This document shows, one piece after another, positions 1 through 12,463 of a stretch of DNA of 64,000 bases. Location: NCBI GenBank assembly GCA_051294375.1, contig CM119265.1, forward strand, positions 19,581,642 to 19,645,641, read 5' to 3'. Under the pieces are notes generated by a model that worked only from the letters and a program-made list of their open reading frames with translations, made no database searches and had not been told where the DNA came from. The position numbers and the translations under genes are program-made. Every line of letters starts with the position of its first letter. Position 1 is the stretch's first letter. This DNA is from Paraspadella gotoi. Taxonomy: Eukaryota > Animalia > Chaetognatha.

Positions 1-1101
1 CGTCGGTGAGAACTTGAGAGTTTGGGGGGGGGCGTCAGGAACGGGTGCGAGGGATGCGGCGGTGATAAAAGAGCATCACAGCGATTCCCCTCTCATCGAG
101 ATAAAGAGGCGCGGGAGAGGAGAAGCACGCCGGAAATAAAACGGTGCCGACGGATTTGTCTTTTCATTACAACCGGCGTCACGAAGTTCGGGTCAAATTC
201 GGTTTGAGGCGTCCCGGCGTCGGTCGGCGTCGTCAGGGATTCGTTTTCCTTATCTCGTCTCTCGTCTTTAATTTGGATCGAATCTCATTTCGAAGACGAT
301 TTCTTGTTCTCAATCCGAAGTTCGGATCGGAATCCGCCCGGGTTCCTTCTCTTCTACTTCATTCCCATTCTTCTTCATCCATCCCGTATATTTTCTTCTC
401 ATGCTCATCTCATTTCGGTCTCTGCTCTCATCTAATCTATCTCATCATATTAATATCACTACTGTTCTCAGTCTCAGTTTCGAATTCATTCCGATCGCTC
501 TTTGAATATTCGATTGCTTTCATTTCTATCCCGACAGACAATTTTTTCCACGTCCTCATATTCGGATCTCCAAAACCCGTATCATCGAATTTCATCTGGT
601 GAAACAGTGAAGGTCCCTTTCATGTTAGAATCTTGGGTTTTCTGTCGGGTTTTTTTTACCCGGTTTCCACGTCTCTGATTTAGCCTGGTCTACTCCATTC
701 AGTCTCCGATAATGGAATACAAAATTACTAGTTAATTAAATTAATTTAATTAATTAAATTAAAATTAAAAGTAAACAAAAAGAATTTAAACAAAATAAAA
801 CTAGGAATTTTTGTATTAATCCATTCTTCCCTGTATCGATGTTTTCGAGGGTGGGGACGGAGAATAGAAATTCAAAAGAACTTTGCAAAAAGAAAAAAAA
901 GGAAAAAGGAAGAAAGGGAAAAAAAAGGGAAAAAAGAAAAAAAAATGGGCGGCATAAATTTTGTGGTCGGCGGGTAGAGAGAGGGAGACGAGAGAATATA
1001 GTATAAAGAGAGCTTAGCTAAAAATATGATGATGCTCAAATTCGAAGTGCAGCATTACATATATAATACATACAGCGATCCGAAAGTTTTAAATTTCCCA
1101 A

Positions 1102-1425
1102 TTAAACAGTTTTCATTTCTGACGACGAATGTAAACTTGGAGAAAGACAGAACGGGGCTAAGGAGGCTCGGAGGGGAGGGGAGAGAGAGGCGGAAAAGAA
1201 GATTCCGGGCCATAAACTCTGGGATGGATCTGCGTCGCTGGGAACAAGGATTAACGCGTCGTTCTGCTCTTTGAGGCCTTCGATTTTTAAAAAGGGTGGA
1301 GATTCGGGGTTGAAGGGGGGGAGCAAAGGGTTTTGGGGTGAAAGGGGTGGGGGGTGGCGGGTGGGTAAAAGATGAGGGTGATAAGGGAAGTTAGGGATAT
1401 GGGGGAAAATGATTTCGGTTGTGAA
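1102..1425 (-). CDS. Candidate Pro-rich coding exon, product unknown
   Basis: 3' part of the 186-aa ORF 1102-1662, the longest ORF here not built from microsatellite (HPPPLSPQNPLLPPFNPESPPFLKIEGLKEQNDAL...). A 66-nt GTAAGT...CAG candidate intron lies at 1491-1426, and both splice signals recur in copy 2, where indels break the frame. No family recognised. Confidence 0.25.
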   Translation of the reverse strand, partial: FTTEIIFPHIPNFPYHPHLLPTRHPPPLSPQNPLLPPFNPESPPFLKIEGLKEQNDALILVPSDADPSQSLWPGIFFSASLSPPLRASLAPFCLSPSLHSSSEMKTV

Positions 1426-2329
1426 CTGGCAGTGACGACGATAAAACGATTCGGGTAAGCGGAAAGTGAATGCAGTTATTTGCATACTTACTACTGCGCA
1501 TCGCGTACTATTTATAGATAATATTAAAAAACGCGGATAAAATCTTCGCAATTTTCTTTCAAAATAGAAAAGTCGGCATAAGTTTGAAAGCTTTAGTACA
1601 AAAACAAAAAAAAAATTTTGGTAAATTTCTGCCGGATTGGAAATTGGCGTCTCCCCGTCCAAGAGGCTTTAATTCCTAGGATTCCTTTTACAGCTGAGAT
1701 TCCTAACAAAGGAACGAAAAATTGGAGGAGAAAAAATTTTCGATGCGAATAAATTTGTGAGAGAAAAAAGAAAAAAAAGGAGAAAAAGGAAAGAAAGGCA
1801 AAAACTTATTGGCTTTCGTCGCATAAATTTACAGAGACCCTCGTTCATATTCAAGATCTAAATTCAATGTAAAAGGTCAATTATTACATGTATTCATTAA
1901 TTCTTTCTCCGTCTGTTTTTTTTTTCGTCTTTCTTCTCATTTCTTAGCTCCGTCATTTTCTCTCTTTTTTTGTCTTGTCTGTATATCTTTCTATTTTTTT
2001 GTCTCCCTTTCACACTCGCCCTCCCTCGTTCCCTATATCCCAGTGATGCCACTCTCTCGCGCGGAGCCAAACTCGTCTCATTGTATATTACGTTTTCACG
2101 CTCATTCTCGAGATGGCGCTTGCCTTCTCTTCTCTGCTCGTTTCTTTATTTTCTTTGTCGAGTTCATTGTCCTTTTGTCCATCCTAATCTTTTTTTTTTC
2201 TTTTCTTTCTTTCTTCTCTCCATATTTTGTTCCTTATCTTCCGCTTCTCTCTCTTGTCTCTCTTCTTTGTTATTTTTATCGATTTCATTTTTCGTGGATT
2301 TTCTGTTCTTTTTCTCCCCGTCACTTCAT

Positions 2330-2379
2330 TCTTTTCTTTTCTCTCTTTCTTTCTTTTTTTTCTTTTCTTCTTTCTTATT

Positions 2380-2412
<33 letters not shown>

Positions 2413-2600
2413 TTTTTTCTTTCTTTCTTTCTTTCTTTCTTTCTTTTTCTCATTCTTTCTCTCTTTCATTTCCTTCTTTCTTTCTTTCTTTCTTTCTTCT
2501 TTTCTTTCTTTCTTTCTTTCTTCTTTCTTTCTTTCTTTCTTTTATCTTCTCTCTTTTTTCTCTCTTTCTTTCTCTTCTTTCTTTATTTTCTTTCGTTTTT
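2330..2600 (+). repeat. (TTTC)n microsatellite / pyrimidine tract (copy at ~9680-9945)
   Basis: Direct reading; source of the F/L/S-rich and K/R/E-rich ORFs. Confidence 0.95.
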
Positions 2601-3351
2601 CCATACGTATTTTTTTAAACTTTTCATTTTCTTTATTTTTTCTCCATCCTTTTCCTCCTCTTCCTCCCTTTTTCCTTTATCCTCCAGTTTAAGTCTCACA
2701 GCCGACAAAATACGCTAAATAGGCCTATTTTTTCTTTTTCCTGACGACTAAACGGTTAAAAAACAAAACAGAAAACAAAACAAAAACGAGTAAACAGGTG
2801 ACGTCGGCGACGAACATGTTCGGATGATGACTTTTGTTTTTCTTATTAAAAAGCGAAAAGAAGAAGAAAAACGCGGAGAAACTAGAGAAAAACAGAAGAG
2901 CAACGGAGGCGAAAAAGGGAAAGAACCAATTAGAGGTGCGTTGACGAGCGTTGGCTCTTCTTTTCCATTGAAGATCGTCCTGATGACCGCTTTAAAAAAG
3001 TGCTATATCTCTGCTTATACTCATAAATTTAATAATATGATAATCATTAATTAATCCAGTCATGAAAGCTATTTTTTGGCACTTTAGTTATGAGACCGGC
3101 TTGACTTGAATAAATACGGACGCCTTAGGCGCTCAAAAAGAAGCAGGCGCTGCTTGCCGAAGAAAAATACGGTATGAATGAGAAAAATGGGTAGGAGAAA
3201 AGAAAAAAAAAAGAAAAGACGACAAACGACGACAAAGACGAATAAACTGAGGCTATTTGCGGTCGTGTGACACGAGGCGAAAATATGGTCTGTCGACCGA
3301 CGAGAGAGAACCTTCGTTGTTATTAAAAATTACCATTCTGTCGACGGCCGC

Positions 3352-3470
3352 GTGGTTGGCGCGCAAGGGCGTTGATTTGGTAGAAGAGGGAATTTAGTTG
3401 TTCTTTAGGCATGGGCGTTGATTGGTTTAAAACCCTCACTTGCGTTGGCGGGAAAGTCCGTTGATTGGTC
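3352..3470. promoter_or_regulatory. Cluster of E2F-like sites and inverted CCAAT (NF-Y) boxes
   Basis: TTGGCGCG (3356), TTGGCGGGAAA (3445-3455) and three CGTTGAT(T)TGGT motifs ~41-46 nt apart. The same cluster is at 10697-10810. Confidence 0.4.
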
Positions 3471-3990
3471 AGGTGCGGTAATGAGATTCCACGCGCCGGG
3501 TCGCAGCGAGGGAGTGATTGACTCGATGATGGGCTGAGTTGGTGATGAGATGAAACGCAAAAAGAGTTCACAGTGGAAAGAGAATCACAGGAAATTAAAT
3601 AAACATATAACTATCAACGGTGAAATACTTTTACTTTACTTTTAAAAAATTAAATTGAATTAATGTATAATTTATCAAAAAATCAGCACACAGATATATA
3701 TCATCGCAAAAGTCAGACAAAAATAGTCAGAAAAAAAAATAGTTTTGGCTCACAGCAAGTCTAACTATCGATTATTTACCTCAATAAAAATCTCTCCTGA
3801 TTTCATTGATATTTTATAAATTAAAATTAAGTAAATAAACAAATAAGTAAATTATAGATAGATAGTCTAATTATTCTCTGCAGCGCACTGATAAGATGTG
3901 TCGAGTTGTTAGACTCGAGAAAATATCTTTCCAAGAAAACTCAGTCATAAAGACCATGGAATATATGTGGTTGTCACTACTCGCTGTGTC

Positions 3991-4054
<64 letters not shown>

Positions 4055-4241
4055 TCTTTCTTGTCAAAGCAACATTCATGGCGACGTCTCTGACGAGGAA
4101 ATACTTTCACGTTAATCATTTTTCTTTGATGTTAAATTTTCTCTCAAATGCAAAATAATCAAGGAGTAGGGGGGAGTAGGAAGAGGAGAGGAGGAGGAGG
4201 AGGAGGAGGAGGGAGAGAACAGACTTCTGAGGTAGTCTTAA

Positions 4242-5120
4242 GGGGACCAAGTGAACAGGGGGTAAAAACGCTGAAAACATAATGTTTGACCTTTAACTAG
4301 CTGGTTCTGATTCACTTAATTTTTCTTCTATAATCATTTGGGAAAAGTACGTTAAAATTCGATAAAATCAGCGAGCTTAATTTTCTTTAAAAACGGTCAG
4401 AAGAAAAATCTTTTTCAAGTTAAAATTTTTTTTTCCCAAAAGGGTAGATCTAATTTAAAAAGATTTTTCAGCTTTTATCACAAAATTATAAAAAAAAAAA
4501 CTAGGAACTGAATCAAAATTTAGGATCGACTGATTTTATTTAAAACTTTCTTTTCAAATGATTCTGTTAATTGGATGAAAATAAACTCTTTGAAGTAATA
4601 TAAATATAAAAAAAGAGAAAGATTTTACTTCTGCTAAATTTTTAATTGTTTAATTAGAATCAATATATTTAATTATACATTTAAGGGATTGATATGAATA
4701 TAATAATATTTTTACAGTTTTGTTTCTGTAAGAATAGAATTTAGGTTGATTGTCTGCTTTTAAAAAAGGTAAAAAATTAATTTTTTAAAAAATATAAAAA
4801 ATATTAATCTTATAAAGCCTTTGTTCAATGAGGCTTAAACTAAAATTATGCTTTGTACAGTAAAAAAATAAAAAATATGGAATTTAGTAAAAAAATACTT
4901 TCTAATGCAAAAAATAAATATGGATTATATAACATATTTAGGTAGGCGTCAACCTAAATTTTTTTTTCATAATTATTAATTCTTTGTTTCCGCTACAATA
5001 AGAGATAGGAATTTTTTTGCTCGTTTTCCGTGCAATGAAAAATTATGACTATCACCATTCAAATTCCTTTGATGATAGACCTTAACAGCTGTATGATATC
5101 ATTTTTATCCACTGGGTCCC
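4242..5120. mobile_element. Non-autonomous TTAA-target DNA transposon (Kolobok-like), copy in block A1
   Basis: Left end TTAA|GGGGACCAAGTGA. The right end CACTGGGTCCC|TATAA is degraded here but intact in the 11582-12463 copy. Interior is AT-rich with no transposase ORF. Confidence 0.65.
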
Positions 5121-5397
5121 TATAAACCTCAACCTAGTAATGACAAGATGGATATCAGTTGTTATTCATGTACTCTTCTCTTTTTTTCCTCGCGGTCGCT
5201 TCTTTTATGAATCAAATTAAGTCTCTTCCTCGTAAAAATCTTACCAATTCCACCATAAAACCTTTTCCTGGGATCTGGAAAGAAATGGAAAAAAGGGAAG
5301 GAAAAAGAAAAAATGGATATAAATGAACGGAAGAAAAAAAAAGGGAGAAAGAAATAGAGTCACAGATAGAATTAGGGAAAGAAAAGGAAAAAGGAAC

Positions 5398-5430
5398 AAA
5401 AAGAAAGAAAGAAAGAAAAAAATATAGAAA

Positions 5431-5512
<82 letters not shown>
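5398..5512 (+). repeat. (AAAG)n microsatellite
   Basis: Direct reading. Confidence 0.95.
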
Positions 5513-5513
<1 letters not shown>

Positions 5514-6162
5514 TATAAGAGAAAAAAGAAAGAAAAAGAGAAAAAAATAATAAAAGAAAAAAGGAAAGAAAGTAGGACAAATCAAATATTCGATCTACGT
5601 CGTTATGGAAACCCATCGGGTTTCCATTTTTCCTGATGTAATTCCGAATCTCTGTGGCTGCGAATCGTTAGCGAGTGAGATATTGAAATAAGTGAATTAG
5701 GAAGGCCGTCGATTCTCTCCTGCTCTCTCTCTCTCTCTCTCTCTCTCCCTCTCTCTCTCGTCTCTTCTCTCTCTTCCTCCCCTTCCATAACACCTCACAT
5801 TTTTCCTTTTTTCTTCGTCCTCTCCGCCTCTCTCCTCTATCCTCCTCCCTCCCTCCCTCGACCCCTCCACCCGCTGCTCATCTTCCTCGTCCTCGCCAAC
5901 TGGCCACTTCAAGGACAAAATGGGCGAGACGATGTTTTATGGTTCGAAGTAAAACAGCATCTTTTGCTCGTCGTTGAACGCAGAGGGAGGAAGGGAGGAG
6001 AGAGAGAGAGAGAGGAGAGAGGAGAGAGAGAGAGAGAGAGAGAGAGGAAAGAGAGAAGAAGAGAGAGAGAGAGAGAGAGAAGAGACGCGACTTCCGCAGG
6101 CATTAAGATCTAAATATGCGAGAAAGAAAGACAAAATCTCTTTTATCTCTCTCCAATTTTTT

Positions 6163-6187
6163 NNNNNNNNNNNNNNNNNNNNNNNNN
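6163..6187. other. 25-N assembly gap (others: 19906-19932 27 N, 24837-24861 25 N, 33467-33491 25 N, 53853-53877 25 N)
   Basis: N runs counted directly; each lies within or next to a duplicated block. Confidence 0.95.
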
Positions 6188-6386
6188 GAGAGAGAGAGAG
6201 AGAGAGAGTAGATTTTGTTGAACGGTTGAAAATATAAAAAAGGCTTGCGATAGAGAAAATGATATGCAATATAAGTCGATAAATAAATAGATAAAAAAAT
6301 TATTACAAACACGGTACGGCGTGTTTTTTCATTTCGTCAAAACAATGAGCTTCAACAAAGCACATACATAAATAAAATCGTATAAC

Positions 6387-6618
6387 ATCTAATACTTAAG
6401 GGAGTGGTCTTTTCATACAATTGAAACATTCTTTGAAATATTATACCACTTCATTGATAAGCCAGGTACTCTGGGAGTGAATAAACGAGACCTTCTGTTT
6501 CATTTTCTTGTAAGAGTGATGGAGGCCTTAAACCACCAAAGCCTGTCCAAAGTCAGGGGCAAGAATGCTTAATTATTAAATGAATGGATAATTTTTATAT
6601 TGGTTGTACCAATTTCAT
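6387..6618 (-). repeat. Dispersed repeat, reverse complement of the unit at 59686-60353, with an internal deletion
   Basis: atctaatacttaagggagtggtcttttcatacaattg...ttggttgtaccaatttcat matches the reverse complement of 59686-59959. Confidence 0.9.
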
Positions 6619-9600
6619 TGTATGTTTTGTCGTTTAGCAACAATCCAACTTACTCCAGACGAAAGATCTTTCAAATCCGATTTCAAACCGCCTCAAATAG
6701 ATCGACCGTCATCTAAGTGTTTGTTGTCCTCCTACTTCTTCGTCGTAATTTCAAATCGTTCAATCGATCGAAAATAAACAACTCGAGCTCAAAAACTCGA
6801 TTTGTTTTCTCGAGAAAAAAATGACGAGAGAAAAAAAACCCAGCTAGCTCAAGAAGTTGCACCACAGTTTTCGTTTGAAGATGCATTTTTCGATAATTTA
6901 TGTAAGAGTAACGTTTTATGATACCTTATCTCTCTGCAAAATATGCTGACTAATAACTAATCAGTTATGAAGAATTTAGTTTCAGGTCACTTAATTGTAA
7001 TATATTCAGCATCTCATAGTACATTACCTTACTAGAAAGTATTATTATTCAAACTGATTTATTATTAGCTAAATAATAAATATTTAAAATATAAGTGAGA
7101 CCGACTAACGTACAGACCGACCAAAAGCTTCTCGAATATATTCGCGCCGCAACTAAAAAGAAGCAAAACGCGAAGTAAACAAAATCACAAGCGCGTTTGA
7201 GATCAAAAAAAGGGAAAGTCGGACGTAAACAAGATCGGTGGCGCCATCGCGTGGAGCGATCACCTGGCGCAAATATAAGTGGAGGCGGGGGGGGCAGGTT
7301 TGGAGTCGAGTGAAGGGGGGGGGCGTCTATGAGTTTTGATCGCGAGATTGAGATTGAAAGGCGTCGGTGAGAATTGAGAGTTTGGGAGGGGGGCGGTTCA
7401 GAGACGGGGCGAGGGATGCGGCGGTGATAAAGGAGCATCACAGGCGATTCCCCTCGATCGAGATAAAGAGGCGCGGGAGAGAGAAAAGCACGCCCGGAAA
7501 TAAAACGGTGCCGACGGGATTTGTCTTTCATTACAAACCGGCGTCACGAAGTTCGGGTCAAATTCGGTTTGAGGCGTCCCCGGCGTCGTCGGCGTCGTTC
7601 AGGATTCGTTGTTCCTTATCTCGTCTCTCGTCTTAATCTTGGATCGAATCTCATTTCGAAGGACGATTTCTGTTCTCAATCCGAAAGTCGGATCGGAATC
7701 CGCCCGGGTTCCCTTCTCTTCTAACTTCATCCCATTTTCTTCTCATCTCATCCCGTATAATTTCTTCTCATCTCATCTCATTTGGTCTCTGCTCTCATCT
7801 AATCTCATCTCATCATATGTAATATCACTACTTCTCATCTCAGTTTCAATTCATCCGATCCGCTCTTTGAAATATTCGATTGCTCATTCTCATCCCGACA
7901 AGACAATTTTTCACGTCCTCTATTCGATCTCCAAAAACCCCGTATCATCGAATTTCATCTGTGAAACAGTGAAAGGTCCCTTTCATGTTAGAATCTTGGG
8001 TTTTCTGTCGGTTTTTTTAACCCGGTTTCCCGTCTCTGATTTAGCCTGTCTACTCCATAGTCTCCATAATGGAATAACAAAATTACTAGTTAATTAAATT
8101 AATTAATTAATTAATTAATTAAATTAAAAGTAAACAAAAGAATTTAAACAAAATAAACTAGGAATTTTTTTGTAATTTAATCCATTTTTCCCTGTATCGA
8201 TTTTTTGAGGGTGGGGGACGGAGAATAGAAATTCAAAGAACTTTGCAAAAAAGAAAAAAAAGGAAAAGGAAGAAAAGGGAAAAAAGGGAAAAGAAAAAAA
8301 ATGGCGCATAATTTTGGGTCGGGGTAGAGAGAGGAAGACGAGAGAATATAGTATAAAGAGAGCTTAGCTAAAATAGATGATGCTCAAATTCAAAGGTGCA
8401 GCCATTTACATATATATACATACAGCTATCCGAAAGTTTAAATTTCCCAATAAAGTTTTCAAATTCTACGACGAATGTAAACTTGGAGAAAGACAGAAAC
8501 GGGCTAAGGGAGGCTCGGAGGAGGAGGGGAGAGAGAGGCGGAAAAAGAAGATCCGGGCCAAAACTCTGGGATGATCTTGCGTCGCTGGGAACAAGGACTT
8601 AACGCGTCGTTTCTGCTCTTTGAGGCCTTCGATTTTAAAAAGGGTGGAGATTCGGGGTTGAAGGGGGGGAGCAAAGGGGTTTGGGGGTGAAAGGGGTTGG
8701 GGGGTGGCGGTGGGTAAAAGGATGAGGGTGATAGGGAAGTTAGGGATATGGGGGAAAATGATTTCGGTGTGACTGGAGTGACGACGATAAAAGCGATTCG
8801 GGTAAGCGGAAGTGAATGTCAGTTATATGCATACTTACTACTGCGCATACGACTAATTTATAGATAATATTAAAAAACGCGGATAAAATCTTCGCAATTT
8901 TCTTTCAAAATAGAAAAGTCGGCATAAGTTTGAAGCTTAGTACAAAACAAAAAAAAAAGTTTTGTAAGAATTTCTGCCGATTGGAGAATTGGCGTCTCCC
9001 CGTCTCCAAGAGGCTTTAATTCCTAGGATTCCTTTTACAGCTGAGATCCTAACAAAGGAACGAAAAATTGGAGGAGAAAAAATTTTCGATGGAATAAATT
9101 TGGAGAAAAGAAAAAAAAAGGAGAAAAAAGAAAGAAAGGGCAAAACTTATTGGTTCGTCGCATAAATTTCAGAGACCCTCGTTCATATTCAAGATCTAAA
9201 TTCAATGTAAAAGGTCAATTATTACATGTTTTCATTAATTCTTTCTCCGTCTGTTTTTTTTTCGTCTTTCTCTCTCTTTCTTTAGGCTCCGTCATTTTTC
9301 TCTCTTTTTTTTTCTGTCTGTATATCTTTCTATTTTTTGTCTCCCTTTCACACTCGCCCTCCCTCGTTCCCTAAATCCAGTGATGCCACTCTCTCGCCGC
9401 GGAGCCAAACTCGATCTCATTTGTTTTATTACGTTTTCACGCTCATTCTCGAGATGGCGCTGCGCTTCTCTTCTCTGCTCGTTTCTTTATTTTCTTTGTC
9501 GAGTTCATTGTCCTTTTGTCTCGATCCTAATCTTTTTTTTTTCTTTTCATTTCTTTCCTTCTCTCCATATTTTGTTCCTTAATCTTCCGCTTTCTCTCTC

Positions 9601-9722
9601 TTGTCTCTCTCTTTGTTTATTTTTTCATCGATTTCATTTTCGGTGGATTTTCTTTTCGTTTTTCTCCCCGTCATTTCATTCTTTCTTTCTCTCTTTCTTT
9701 CTTTCTTTTCTTCTTTCTTATT

Positions 9723-9755
<33 letters not shown>

Positions 9756-10696
9756 TTTTTTCTTTCTTTCTTTCTTTCTTTCTTTCTTTTTCTCATGTTC
9801 TTTCTCTCTTTCTTTCCTCTCTTCTTCTCTCTTTCTTTATCTTTCTTCTTTCTTTCTTTCTTTCTTTCTTTCTTCTTATCTTTCTTTCTTTCTTTTATCT
9901 TCTCTCTTTCTTTCTCTCTTTCTTTCTCTCTTTCTTTATTTTCTTTCGTTTTTCCATACGTATTTTAAACTTTTCATTTTCTTTATTTTTCTCCTCCTTT
10001 TCCTCCTCTTCCTCCCCTTTTTCCTTTTCCTCCCAGTTTAGTCTCACAGCGACAAAACGCTAAATAGCCTATTTTCTTTTTCCTGACGACTAAAACGGTT
10101 AAAAACAAAACAGAAAACAAAACAAAAACGAGTAAACAGATGACGTCGGCGACGAATGTTCGGATGATGACTTTGTTTTCTTTATTAAAAAGCGAAAAGA
10201 AGAAGAAAACGCGGAGAGAAACTGAGAGAAAAACAGAAGAGCAACGAGGCGAAAAAGAGGAAAAGAACAATTAGAGGGCGTTGACGAGCGTTGCTCTTCT
10301 TTTTCCATTGAAAGATCGTCCCTATGACCGCTTAAAAAAGTGCTATATCTCTGCTTATAACTCATAAATATAATAAATATGATAATCATAATAATCCAAG
10401 TCATGAAGCTATTTTTGGCACTTAGTTATGAGACCGGCTTTGACTGAAGTAAATACGGAACGCCTTAGGGCGCTCAAAAAGAAGCAAGGCGCTGCTGGGC
10501 CGAAGAAAATACGGTATGAATGAGAAAAATGGGTAGGAGAAAAGAAAAAAAGAAAAGAAAAGACGACAACGACGACAAAGACGAATAAACTGAGGCTATT
10601 TTGGTTCGTGTGACACGAGGCGAAAAATATGGTCTTCGTCTCGACCGACGAGAGAGAACCTTCGTTGTTATTTAAAAATCATTTGTCGACGGCGCG

Positions 10697-10810
10697 TGGT
10701 TGGCGCGAAGGGCGTTGATTGGTAGAAGAGGGAATTTAGTTGGTTCTTAGGCATGGGCGTTGATTGGTTTAAAACCCTCACTTGGTTGGCGGGAAAGCCG
10801 TTGATTGGTC
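10697..10810. promoter_or_regulatory. E2F/NF-Y motif cluster (copy 2)
   Basis: TTGGCGCGAA, TTGGCGGGAAA (10786-10796), and CGTTGATTGGT at 10713, 10758 and 10799. Confidence 0.4.
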
Positions 10811-11324
10811 GGTGCGGTAATGAGATTCCACGCGCCGGTCGCAGCGAAGGGAGTGATTGACTCGATGATGGGCTGAGGTGGTGATGAGATGAAACCGCAA
10901 AAAAGAGTTTCACAGTGGAAAGAGAATCACAGGAAATTAAAATAAACTATAACTATAACGGTGAATACTTTTACTTTTACTTTAAAAAATTAATTGAATT
11001 AATGTAATTTACAAAAAATCAGCACACAAGATAATATCATCGCAAAAGTCAGACAAAAAATAGTCAGAAAAAAAATAGTTTTTGGCTCCACAGCAAGTCT
11101 AACTATCGATTATTTTACCTCAATAAAATCTCTCCTGATTTCATTGATATTTATAAATTAAAATAAGTAAATAAACAAATAAGTAAATAGATAGATAGTC
11201 TAATTAAATTCTCTGCAGCGACTGATAAGATGTGTCGAGTTGTTAGACTCGAGAAAATATTTCTTTCCAAGAAACTCAGTCATAAGACATGGAATATATG
11301 TGGTTGTCACTCTCGCTGTGTCTG

Positions 11325-11366
<42 letters not shown>

Positions 11367-11581
11367 CTCTCTCTCTCTCTCTCTCTCTCTTCTCTTTCTG
11401 TCAGCAACATTCATGGCGACGTCCTCTGACGAGGAAATACTTTCACGTTAATCATTTTTCCTTTGATGTTAAATTTTCTCTCAAATGCAAATAATCAAGG
11501 AGTAGGGGGAGTAGGAAGAGGAGGAGGAGGGAGGAGAGGAGGAGGGGAGGAGAAGAGAAACAGCTTCTGAGGTAGTCTTAA

Positions 11582-12463
11582 GGGGACCAAGTGAACAGGG
11601 GGGGTAAAAAGCTGAAAACATAACGTTTGACGCCTTTAACTTAAGCTGGTTCTGATCATATAATTTTTCTTCTATAAATCATTTGGGAAAGTAGTTAAAA
11701 AATTCGATAAAATCAGCGAGCTTAATTTTCTTTAAAAAATCGGTAAGAGAAAATCTTTTTCAAGTTTAAATTTTTTTTTTCCCAAAAAGGGTAAGATCTA
11801 ATTTTAAAAAGAATTTTCAGCTTTTATCACAAAAATTTATAAGAAAAAAACTAGGAATGAATCAAAATTTAAGGTATCACTGATTTTATTTAAAACTTCT
11901 TTTCAAATGATTCTGTTAATTGGATGAAAATAAAACTCTTTGAAGTAAATATAAATAATAAAAAAAAGAGAAAGATTTTGTACTTCTGCTAAATTTTTAA
12001 TTGTTATAATTAGGAATCAATATAGTTTAATTATACATTTAAGGGATGAATATGAATATTTAATTAATAATTTATTACAGTTTTGTTTCTGTAAGAATAG
12101 AATTTAGGTTTGATTTGTCTGCTTTTAAGTAAATATAAAAATATAAAAATATTAATCTTATAAAGCCTTTGTTCAATGAGGCTTAAACCTAAAATTATAG
12201 CTTTGTACAGTAAAAAAAAAAAATTGGAATTTAGTAAAAAATACTTTCTAATGCAAAAATAAAATAATGGATTATATAAATATTTAGGATAGGTCAACTA
12301 AATTTTTTTTCATAATTATTAAATTTTGTTTCCGCTACAATAAGAGATAGGAATTTTTTTGCCAGTTTTCCCGTGCAATGAAAAAATTAATGACTTCACC
12401 ATTCAAATTCCTTTGATGATAGACCCTTAAGCTTTATGATATCATTTTTATCACTGGGTCCCC
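11582..12463. mobile_element. Non-autonomous TTAA-target DNA transposon (Kolobok-like), 882 bp
   Basis: TTAA (11578-11581) GGGGACCAAGTGA ... TCACTGGGTCCCC TTAA (12464-12467): a 13-bp TIR matching 12/13. TTAA TSD with RR...YY termini fits Kolobok rather than piggyBac (CC...GG). Confidence 0.75.

Larger units (their letters stand above)
1..5170 (+). repeat. Duplicated block A, copy 1 (matches 7362-12512)
   Basis: Collinear match from cgtcggtgagaa (1 vs 7362) to gatggatatcag(g)ttgttatt (~5165 vs ~12508). Differences are mostly 1-nt indels in homopolymers. Confidence 0.95.

Noticed and set aside
1970-2718. Long F/L/S-rich and K/R/E-rich ORFs (also 9380-10063, 25594-26416, 54812-55309 and the ERER/LSLS ORFs)
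   Set aside because: They are translations of stop-free microsatellites, open in several frames and on both strands.
3120-3174. CCGAAGAAAAATACGGTA, resembling one end of a TA-target (pogo/Tc1-like) MITE
   Set aside because: No matching TACCGTATT opposite end nearby, so no element can be delimited.
5059-5133. Apparent terminal exon VEVYRDPVDKNDIIQLLRSIIKGI* on the minus strand
   Set aside because: It overlaps the right TIR of the TTAA transposon, and the frame is not preserved in copy 2 (12404-12475).
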